The notes beneath the pieces are model-generated. The model was not told where the DNA came from and did not search any database. It saw nothing but the letters and a program-made list of their open reading frames with translations. Made by a program: the position numbers and the translations under genes. From an uncultured Acidobacteriota bacterium (GTDB taxonomy: Bacteria; Acidobacteriota; Thermoanaerobaculia; Multivoradales; SZUA-115), in contig CAWDVR010000003.1 of the NCBI GenBank assembly GCA_963805975.1, positions 864,001 to 928,000 on the forward strand: 64,000 nucleotides of DNA, read 5' to 3'. Of the stretch, positions 39,331 through 47,299 are shown one piece after another (the stretch's first letter is position 1; every line of letters starts with the position of its first letter).

Positions 39331-40228
39331 ATGGTGACCCCGGCCCCCGGCTCGCTGCAACTCGCCCTGTCCGTGGATCGCGAGTCCTTCTCCATCGGCC
39401 AGGCGGTGCGGCCGCGGCTGGTGATCCGCAACACGCACGGGCGAGCGCGTGAGCTTCCCGTCGTTCATCTTCTCGGAGGAGAAGCTGGCGTTCGCGGCGC
39501 CTGGTGGGCCCCACCTGCTAGCACCGGATGGCCGCGACCTGCTGGCTCCGTACCGGCTCACCGCCGCGGTGGCACCGGGGCTCGGTATCGAGGTCGAGCC
39601 CGGGAGGGACGAGCACCGCATCCTGCCCCTCTCACGGTTCGCCGACCTGCGACGGCCCGGCCGGTACCGCTTCTGGCTCGAGCTCCAAGACCATGCGGGG
39701 CGGCTCCACGAGAGCAACAGGGTCCCCTTCGAGATCACCGAGGTCGAGTCGGTGGCGCCAGCCGGGCCGATCGTTCTGAGCCTTCACCTCCCGTCCCCTG
39801 CTCCGGCCCCGTACCCCGTCGAGGCCGAGGTGCGCTTCGAGAACCTGTCGCCGGAACCCGTCGTGATCCTGCGCCCGCAGGAGGACTCGTTCGACGGCTG
39901 GGTCAACCCGGCCTATCTCTTCACCGTGACGGACGGGCAGGGCCGGCTGCTGCCCCCGGCCCCCAGAACCGGCTCGATGGCCGAGCCGGTCTATGACGAG
40001 GACGCGTTTCTCCATCTTCCCCCCGGCGGGTCCGCGCTTCTCGATCTCCGCCTGCCTCTGCTTCCCGACCTTTCCGCCGCCGGGCCGGTTCGGGTTCGGC
40101 TGGACTACATCGTCCGCCAGCACGCCGTGGGCAAACTCGGCGTGCTCCTGGAGCGGCGGGTGATCTGGCCCCGCAACACCTTCGTCGGCAGGCTGGAATC
40201 CAACGAGGCTTCCCTTGCGCTCGGCTGA
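39331..40228 (+). pseudogene. Two-domain Ig-like protein, candidate peptidase inhibitor/immunity; apparent frameshift near 39445
   Basis: LQLALSVDRESFSIGQAVRPRLVIRN lies in one frame and the remainder (…PGRYRFW…ESN; …VRFEN…LESN) in another. Confidence 0.55.
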
Positions 40229-41114
40229 GCGGCCTCCCGGGCCCGGAGTGTTGTCACCGGAACAATCCACCACCGCCCACGTCCGCGCCAGCCGGGCCCT
40301 GATCGCCCGCGCGGCAGCGCTGGCGCCGGCCGGCTTCGCCGCCGTGCTGGGAAGCGGCGCGGCGACCGAGATCCCCATCGCCGAGCTGGCCGACCATTTC
40401 GACGCGGTGGAGCTCGTCGACTGCGACGGCGCCGCGCTCGCCAGGGCCCGGCAGCGATACGGGCGCTCGGGCCAGCTCCGACGCTCGCTCTGGTTCACCG
40501 AGGCCGATCTGACCGGCACGATCCGCGCAGCGCGGTCAGCCAGCCAGGAGATCGTGGCCCGGGCCACCGGCCCCGGCGCCTGTCTGGAGGAGCTCGTCGA
40601 CCTCCTGGACCGGACCCGGCCGAGCTTTTTCCGGCCAGGCAACGGGCAGGGCTGTGCGCTGGTGGTCTGCTCCGGAGTCCTCAGCCAGCTCCAGTCCGGT
40701 GTCCGCCGGGCCGTCCGCGAGCCGTTCGTAGAGCGCTTCGCCGACGCCGGTGCGACGGAGGCTCAGTGCCAGCCGTGGAAGCGGGCCTGGTGGCGGCTCG
40801 CGCGCCGCCTAGAGAGCTCGTTTCTCGACCACGTGGCGGCCCTGCTCCAGCCGGGGGGCGTGCTGTACCTCGCAGACACCGTTCACGCCTGCTGGCTGGA
40901 GGAGGTCGAGCCCGGCACGCTCGGCAGTACCGGTGCATGGCTCGCGTTGCGCTCGCCGCGCCTCGCGGACTATGTCCACGAAGACTGCGAGGTTCTCGTG
41001 GAGCGTGGCTGGCCCTGGTACCGACTCGGGCGCGACGGTGCCTACCTGGGCCGGCTCTACGGCGTCCAGGCCCTGATCTGCCGCCCTGCCCGCCGATCTC
41101 CGGCCTCCGGGTAA
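40215..41114 (+). CDS. Class I SAM-dependent methyltransferase-like protein
   Basis: AVLGSG...EIP, VELVDCD, EADLTG, SGVLSQL, LQPGGVLYLAD. Confidence 0.72.
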   Translation: MRSAERPPGPGVLSPEQSTTAHVRASRALIARAAALAPAGFAAVLGSGAATEIPIAELADHFDAVELVDCDGAALARARQRYGRSGQLRRSLWFTEADLTGTIRAARSASQEIVARATGPGACLEELVDLLDRTRPSFFRPGNGQGCALVVCSGVLSQLQSGVRRAVREPFVERFADAGATEAQCQPWKRAWWRLARRLESSFLDHVAALLQPGGVLYLADTVHACWLEEVEPGTLGSTGAWLALRSPRLADYVHEDCEVLVERGWPWYRLGRDGAYLGRLYGVQALICRPARRSPASG

Positions 41115-41208
41115 CGAATCCTCTCCGCTCCCGCCTACCTCCCTCGTAGGCCCGAGTGTCGGTCCCGCGCCGGGCGCTTCCGCCCTGCGCCGCCGGGAAG
41201 GGTGCGCG

Positions 41209-41871
41209 ATGCCCTCGGAGTTTCCCAGGAGCCCCAAGCTGCTCAAAGGCGCGCTGGTGGTCTTCGAGACCGTGGCGCCGGTGCCCACCAATCTCATCGT
41301 CTTCCAGTACAACCCGGAGAGCGTGGCGCGGAGCTTCCAGTCCGCGGGCGGCACGCGGAGCCGGTCGGGCGGCGCGGACACGGCCCCGGCCCTGCCACCG
41401 CTCGAGACCTTCAGCCTCAAGGTGGAGCTCGACGCCGCCGACCAGCTCGAGAAGCCGGGGAGCAACCCGCTGGCGGTGGCGGTGGGCCTTCATCCCACGC
41501 TCGCCGCGCTCGAGCTGCTGCTCTACCCGGCGTCCAGCATGCTGATTCTGAACAAGGTGCTGTCGCTCGCCGGCTCGGCGCTCTTGACCCCGGCGCGGGC
41601 GCCGCTGGTGCTCCTGGTGTGGGGGCCGCTCCGGGTGGTGCCGGTGCGGCTGGCCTCGATCTCGATCGCCGAGCAGGCGTTCGACACGCTGCTCAACCCG
41701 ATCCGCGCCGAGGTGACGCTGTCGTTGCGCTCGCTCACCGCGCCCGAGCTGGCGCAGGCCGGGCCGCCGTTCGACACCCTGGCGATCGTCAACCAGGTGG
41801 CGAAGGAAGTGCTGGCGCGGAGCAACCTCTTCAACTCCGCGGCACAGATCGGCGGACAGATCTCGTTCTAG
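41209..41871 (+). CDS. CIS tube initiator-like protein (Afp7 N-terminal type)
   Basis: LLKGAL, FQYNPE, LVWG...PVR, FDTLLNPIRA. Confidence 0.8.
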   Translation: MPSEFPRSPKLLKGALVVFETVAPVPTNLIVFQYNPESVARSFQSAGGTRSRSGGADTAPALPPLETFSLKVELDAADQLEKPGSNPLAVAVGLHPTLAALELLLYPASSMLILNKVLSLAGSALLTPARAPLVLLVWGPLRVVPVRLASISIAEQAFDTLLNPIRAEVTLSLRSLTAPELAQAGPPFDTLAIVNQVAKEVLARSNLFNSAAQIGGQISF

Positions 41872-41897
41872 CGGGCCGTCCACGGCAGGAGGAAGCG

Positions 41898-42173
41898 ATG
41901 TTCGACAAGGGAAGCCGATACGAGACCGTGCCGGAGGCGATCCATCGCGATGCTTCCGGCCGCGAGATCCCCTACAAGCGGCTGCGCAAGCTGCCGTCGC
42001 CGGCCTCGGCCACCACGCGCACGGTCGAGCGTGGCGACCGGCTGGACCGCGTCGCCTACGGGCTCTACCGCGACCCCGAGCAGTTCTGGCGGCTGGCGGA
42101 CGCCAACGCCGCCACCCGCCCCGAGGAGCTGACCGAGGAGCTGGGCCGGGTGCTCGCCGTGCCCCTCCTCTAA
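41898..42173 (+). CDS. LysM domain baseplate protein
   Basis: GGAGG RBS; SRY, GDRLDRVAY..YRDPEQFWRLADAN. Confidence 0.85.
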   Translation: MFDKGSRYETVPEAIHRDASGREIPYKRLRKLPSPASATTRTVERGDRLDRVAYGLYRDPEQFWRLADANAATRPEELTEELGRVLAVPLL

Positions 42174-42182
42174 AGAGCGCTC

Positions 42183-43298
42183 ATGACGCCGATCGCGTTC
42201 ACGCTGCTCTTCGGCCCCGTGCCCGCGCCACCGGACGTGGTGGAGGCGGTGGAGGAGATCGAGGTCGAGAGCTCGCTCGAAGAGGCGAGCGTCTTCCGCC
42301 TGCGCCTCGCCACCAGCCAGACGGCGATCGGCGACTGGACGCTGCTCGAGCGCGACTACTTCCGCCCGCTGCTGCCGCTGTCGATCCGCGTCGGCGGCGG
42401 CCTGGGCCTGCCGGAGGCGCTGATCAACGGCTACGTCTCCGGGCTGGAGGCGAGCTGGGGCGAGGAGCCGGGAACCTCGGTGCTCGAGGTAACGGGAATG
42501 GACGCCACCCTCCTAATGAACATGCAGGAGAAGGTGATGCCATGGCCCAACCTACCCGACTCCGCGATTGCCGCCGCCGTCTTCGGGCAGTACGCCCTGG
42601 TGCCGCGGGTCTCGCCCACCTCGCCGGCGCTGATCGAGCCCGAGGGCACCACCACGCAGCGCGGCACGGACATCCGCTTTCTGAAGCAGCTCGCGCGGCG
42701 CCAGGGATTCGAGTGCTACGTGCAGCCGGAGCCGGCGACCGGTCTCGACCAGGGCTTCTTCCAGCGCCGCCCGCCGCCGCTGGGGCTGCCGCAGGCGGTG
42801 CTGAACGTGGCCGCGGGGCCAGAGACCAACGTCACGGGCTTCTCGGTGCACTACGAGATGACCCGGCCCACGACCGCCGTGGCGGCCGGGCTGGACGTGG
42901 CCACCAAGGCGATCGTGCCGATGCCGGTGCCGGTTGCGACCGAGCTGCCGCCGGCGGGCCTCGAACCGGCGCTCACCCGCGTGCTGCCACCGGGGATCGT
43001 GCGCCCGGCGGGCCTGGGTCTCGCGACGGCGGCCGAGCTGCAGCCGGCGGTGGCGGCGATCGTCAACGAGTCGAGCTGGGCGGTGGTGGCGCAAGGCAGC
43101 ACGGGGCCGGAGGTGGGCATCCTGCGGCCCGGTGGCTACGTCAACGTGCGCGGCGCCGGCCGGCTGTTCAGTGGCTCGTACTACCTCACGCGGGTGGCCC
43201 ACTCGATCCGCCGCGACGGCTCGCACACGCAGCAGTTCTCGGCGCGCCGCAACGCCGTGGGGCTTACCGGCACCGAGATCTTCCTGGATCTGCCCTGA
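42183..43298 (+). CDS. Baseplate hub, gp27/late-control-D-like (N-terminal half of VgrG/Afp8)
   Basis: [38 protein letters not shown]. Confidence 0.85.
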   Translation: MTPIAFTLLFGPVPAPPDVVEAVEEIEVESSLEEASVFRLRLATSQTAIGDWTLLERDYFRPLLPLSIRVGGGLGLPEALINGYVSGLEASWGEEPGTSVLEVTGMDATLLMNMQEKVMPWPNLPDSAIAAAVFGQYALVPRVSPTSPALIEPEGTTTQRGTDIRFLKQLARRQGFECYVQPEPATGLDQGFFQRRPPPLGLPQAVLNVAAGPETNVTGFSVHYEMTRPTTAVAAGLDVATKAIVPMPVPVATELPPAGLEPALTRVLPPGIVRPAGLGLATAAELQPAVAAIVNESSWAVVAQGSTGPEVGILRPGGYVNVRGAGRLFSGSYYLTRVAHSIRRDGSHTQQFSARRNAVGLTGTEIFLDLP

Positions 43299-43317
43299 TC
43301 CCCTGGGAGTGAGCTCG

Positions 43318-44031
43318 ATGCCGCCACAGAGCACCCCCGCCTTCGAGCCGCCGGCCGACACCACGCAGCGCTTCTACGGCAAGTACCGCGGCCTGGTGGC
43401 GATCAACGTCGACCCGCTCTCCCGCGGGCGCTTGAAGGCCATGGTGCCGGAGGTGCTGGGCGAGGTGCCGTCCTCCTGGGCCCTCCCCGCCTCGCCCTAC
43501 GCCGGCATGGGCGCCGGCTTCTTCGCCGTGCCGCAGGTGGGCGCCGGGGTGTGGATCGAGTTCGAGGCCGGCGACCCCTCGCGACCGATCTGGAGCGGCG
43601 CCTGGTGGGCGAGCGGCGAGCTGCCGATGACCGAGAAGGGCGTGCCGGTGCAGCCCACGGTGAAGATCCTGAGGAGCGACTTCGGCCTGCTGGTGGCGCT
43701 CGACGACCTGGCGCAGACCATCACGCTGGCGGACGGCATGGGCCTCAATCTGATGACCATCAAGGTGCTCGAGGGCACGGTCGAGGTGAAGAGCGCGGTG
43801 CGCGTGGTGCTCGAGGCGCCGCTCATCCAGCACGGGCAGGGCGCCGCGCACCCGGCGGTGTTCGGCGACCAGCTCCTCACCTATCTGACGCAGATCGTCA
43901 CCATGTTCAACACCCACGTCCATCCGGGCGAGCTGGCGGCCGGCTTCCTGCCGGTGACGCCGGCGCCGCCGGTGGCGCCGATGCCGCCGCCCACCCCGGC
44001 GCTGCTCTCGATCAAGGTGCTGGTGGAGTAG
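43318..44031 (+). CDS. Spike protein, gp5/gpV OB-fold with a C-terminal HxH motif
   Basis: [38 protein letters not shown]. Confidence 0.9.
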   Translation: MPPQSTPAFEPPADTTQRFYGKYRGLVAINVDPLSRGRLKAMVPEVLGEVPSSWALPASPYAGMGAGFFAVPQVGAGVWIEFEAGDPSRPIWSGAWWASGELPMTEKGVPVQPTVKILRSDFGLLVALDDLAQTITLADGMGLNLMTIKVLEGTVEVKSAVRVVLEAPLIQHGQGAAHPAVFGDQLLTYLTQIVTMFNTHVHPGELAAGFLPVTPAPPVAPMPPPTPALLSIKVLVE

Positions 44032-44035
44032 GGCG

Positions 44036-44311
44036 ATGGCGAACGAGCTCAAGGCGGGCGGTCTCGACGATTTCGGCTCCAGCATGGCGCAGGCCATGGA
44101 GCAGGCCCTGAACACCATCCTGGTGGCCGAGGGCAAGCCGCCGCTCGACACTTCCGACACCGCCGAGGTGCGCGACCGGCGCACGCTCTTCGTGGCCATC
44201 GCCCAGGGCGTGGTCAATCACCTGGTGGCCAACCACGACGCCTTCGACGTCACCGAGAACGACGGCACGACGGCCCTCGGGAACCATCGCGTGGTGATCC
44301 GGAAGGAATAG
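44036..44311 (+). CDS. Small hypothetical eCIS protein between spike and gp25
   Basis: 91 aa, tight spacing, SMAQAMEQA...LFVAIAQGVVNHL; no PAAR motif. Confidence 0.7.
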   Translation: MANELKAGGLDDFGSSMAQAMEQALNTILVAEGKPPLDTSDTAEVRDRRTLFVAIAQGVVNHLVANHDAFDVTENDGTTALGNHRVVIRKE

Positions 44312-44320
44312 GACGGCGCG

Positions 44321-44698
44321 ATGAACGACCCGCTCGCTCGCCCCTACCTCGACGTGCCGTTCCACTTCGACGGCCGGGGCCGGACCGCCACCACGGACCG
44401 GGACGACCACATCCGCGACATGATCTTCTCCGTCCTCTTCACCGATCCCGGCGAGCGGGTCAACCGGCCGGACTTCGGCTGCGGCATCCGCTCGCTGCTC
44501 TTCATGCCGGCCTCGGACGCGCTGGCCGCCGCCACCCAGGTGCTGGTCAAGGGCTCGCTCCAGAAGTGGCTCGAAAACGAGATCCAGGTCGAGAAGGTCG
44601 AGGTCAAGGCCGAGGACTCGAAGCTCCTGGTGACCGTCGCCTACGTCCACCGCGCGAGCGGCCAGGGCCGGGTCGAGGTGTTCAGTGCGTCCCTCTAG
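44321..44698 (+). CDS. GPW/gp25 baseplate wedge protein (Afp9-like)
   Basis: LFTDPGERVNRPDFGCG. Confidence 0.93.
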   Translation: MNDPLARPYLDVPFHFDGRGRTATTDRDDHIRDMIFSVLFTDPGERVNRPDFGCGIRSLLFMPASDALAAATQVLVKGSLQKWLENEIQVEKVEVKAEDSKLLVTVAYVHRASGQGRVEVFSASL

Positions 44699-44722
44699 CG
44701 GGTTTGCCGGGCGGGGAACGGC

Positions 44723-47299
44723 GTGAGCGCCCTCGAGCTCCCGGTCTGCCGGGACGACGAGCAGCGGCGGGCGGACGTCCTCGCCCATCCCACGGCCAAC
44801 GGCATCGACTTCGTGGAGGTCGCCGCCGCCGACCACCGCCAGCTCACGGTGACGTTCCTGAAGCCGCTGCCGCCGGCCAACGCGCTCGATCCCGCGGACC
44901 CGGACGACGCCTACGGCATCACCGCGGACCTCGCCCGCATCACCATCGAGGGCGGCGCCCGCATCGTGGGCATCACGGTGGTGGCGGCCGAGCGCCAGGC
45001 GGACGGCCGCCTCGCCCTCACGACCAGCGCCCCCGGCGACTACTCGCGCTACCGGCTCACCATCTCGGTGCCGGCCCTCGACCCGGTGCTCGACACCGTC
45101 GAGCTCAACTTCATGGCCACCTGCCCGGTGGACTTCGACTGCCGGCAGCCCGCCTACTGCCCCCCGGGCGAGGTGGAGGGGCCGCAGCTCGACTACCTGG
45201 CCAAGGACTACGGCAGCTTCCGCCGCATGCTGCTCGAGCTGGCCTCGGGCCTCAACCCCAAGTTCAGCGAGCGCAACCCTGCGGACCTCGGCGTGGCGCT
45301 GGTGGAGCTCCTGGCCGCGACCGGCGACCAGCTCTCCTACTTCCAGGACGCGGTGGCCAACGAGGCCTACCTCGAGACGGCGCGGCAGCGCCTCTCGGTG
45401 CGGCGGCACGCGCGGCTGGTCGACTACCGCATGCACGACGGCCGCAACGCCTGGACCTGGGTCCACCTGGCGGTCAACGTGCCCCACAACCTCGGCAACC
45501 CGGCCCTGCCGCAGCCGCCGGTCGCCTTCGTCACGCAGCTCTCGGCGCCGCTCGCCGGCACCATGCAGGCGCCGGGCACGGTGATCGACCCCGCTCTGAT
45601 CACCGCCGAGCGGCTGGAGAGGGACCCCGCGCTCGCCGGCGCGGTGGTCTTCGAGCTGGCGCACCCGGTGGCGCTCGACCCGCGCCACAACGCCATCCGC
45701 CTCCACGCCTGGGGCAACGAGGAGTGCTGCCTGCCCGCGGGCACGCGCGTGGCCTACCTCTACTCGGTGCCGGACGGCACCCACGCCGTGCGGCCGGCGC
45801 TCGCCAAGGGCGACTTCCTGCTGCTCGAAGAGGTGAAGGGCCCGGCGACCGGCCTCGCCGCGGACGCCGACCCGGCGCGGCGGCAGGTGGTGCGGCTGGA
45901 CGAGGACCCGCAGCCCACCGAGGACCCCGTGTATCAGGACGCGCTGGCGGGCGACGCCTTGCAGCGCCGGGGCGCCCTCGACCCACCGCTGCCGCTGCTG
46001 CGTGTGCGCTGGCGGCGGGAGGACGCGCTCACGGCGCCCTTCTGTATCTCCACCCGCCGGCCGGACGGCGAGCGCCACCGCAACGTATCGCTCGCCCGCG
46101 GCAACATGGTGCTGGCCGACCACGGCCTGACGGTGGCGGGGGAGGAGCACCTCTTCGACCCGCCTGTGGCGGCCGATCAGCCGTTCCGCCTGCCGCTCGC
46201 GCGCCGGCCGCTCACTTTCGAGCTGCGGCCGGCCGGCGAGAGCTTCGGCGCCGCTCTCTCCCGCACCGACCTCGCCGGCGAGCCGCGGCAGGCGCAGCCG
46301 GCGGTGGCGGTGGTGGCCGAGTTCCCCACCGGCCCGGAGGACTGGACCGCGGTCCCGGACCTGCTCGACAGCCCGCCCCTCGCCCGCCACTTCGTGGCCG
46401 AGACCGGCAACGACGGCGGCGCCGTGCTGCGCTTCGGCGACGGCGAGCACGGCCGCGAGCCGGCCGGTGCCACGCGCCTCGTGGCGAGCTACCGGGTGGG
46501 CAACGGCGCGGCGGGCAACGTGGGCCGCGAAGCCTTCGCCCACCTCGTGCTGGCGGGCGGCGCGCCGTGGCTCGACCAGGTGCGGAACCCGCTCGCCGCC
46601 GCCGGCGGCACTCCACCGGAGACTCTGGAGGAAGTGCGGCGCCGGGCGCCCCAGGCCTTCCGCGCCGAGCAGTTCCGGGCGGTCACCGAGGCGGACTACG
46701 CCGCCGCCGCCAAGAAGATGCCGGAGGTGGCCGGCGCCGTGGCCACCTTCCGCTGGACGGGGAGCTGGTACACGGTGTTCGTCGGCGTCGACCCGCGCGA
46801 CCCGGCGGACCTGCTGCGCCAGGGCCGCGGCCTCGCCCGCCTTTCGCCGCGGCTCGAAGAGCGCGTGCGCGCCTTCCTCACCCGCTATCGCCTGGCGGGC
46901 TACGACCTCGAGATCCGGCCGCCGCGCTTCGTGCCGCTGGCCGTCGCCATCGACCTCTGCGTCTCGCGAGACCACTTCCGGGGCGACGTGGCGCGGGCGG
47001 TGGCCGAGGCGCTGTCGAGCCGCCGGCTGCCCGACGGCCGCCTGGGCTTCTTCCACCCGGATCACTTCACCTTCGGCCAGCCGGTCTACCTGTCGCGCCT
47101 CTATGCCGCGGTGGAGGCGGTCGAGGGTGTCGAGTCGGCGGAGGTGCGCACCTTCCGCCGCGCCGGCGCACGCGACAACGGCGAGCTGGAAAAAGGCGTG
47201 CTGCCGATCGGGCCCTGGGAGATCGCCCAGCTCGACAACGATCCCAACTTCATGGAGAACGGCGTGCTCGAGCTCAAGCCCCGGGGAGGGAAGGCATGA
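44723..47299 (+). CDS. Baseplate J-like protein (Afp11-like)
   Basis: NGIDFVEV, DYLAKDYGSFRR, EAYLETAR, LRFGDG, RAVTEADY. Confidence 0.9.
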   Translation: MSALELPVCRDDEQRRADVLAHPTANGIDFVEVAAADHRQLTVTFLKPLPPANALDPADPDDAYGITADLARITIEGGARIVGITVVAAERQADGRLALTTSAPGDYSRYRLTISVPALDPVLDTVELNFMATCPVDFDCRQPAYCPPGEVEGPQLDYLAKDYGSFRRMLLELASGLNPKFSERNPADLGVALVELLAATGDQLSYFQDAVANEAYLETARQRLSVRRHARLVDYRMHDGRNAWTWVHLAVNVPHNLGNPALPQPPVAFVTQLSAPLAGTMQAPGTVIDPALITAERLERDPALAGAVVFELAHPVALDPRHNAIRLHAWGNEECCLPAGTRVAYLYSVPDGTHAVRPALAKGDFLLLEEVKGPATGLAADADPARRQVVRLDEDPQPTEDPVYQDALAGDALQRRGALDPPLPLLRVRWRREDALTAPFCISTRRPDGERHRNVSLARGNMVLADHGLTVAGEEHLFDPPVAADQPFRLPLARRPLTFELRPAGESFGAALSRTDLAGEPRQAQPAVAVVAEFPTGPEDWTAVPDLLDSPPLARHFVAETGNDGGAVLRFGDGEHGREPAGATRLVASYRVGNGAAGNVGREAFAHLVLAGGAPWLDQVRNPLAAAGGTPPETLEEVRRRAPQAFRAEQFRAVTEADYAAAAKKMPEVAGAVATFRWTGSWYTVFVGVDPRDPADLLRQGRGLARLSPRLEERVRAFLTRYRLAGYDLEIRPPRFVPLAVAIDLCVSRDHFRGDVARAVAEALSSRRLPDGRLGFFHPDHFTFGQPVYLSRLYAAVEAVEGVESAEVRTFRRAGARDNGELEKGVLPIGPWEIAQLDNDPNFMENGVLELKPRGGKA

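Noticed and set aside
44566-47295. 1795 aa giant baseplate ORF, and similar long 5' extensions (18961, 20358, 48963, 54056, 58713)
   Set aside because: The extensions are Arg/Gly/Pro-rich off-frame reads over the upstream gene. The real starts are at the RBS or overlap positions given in the features.
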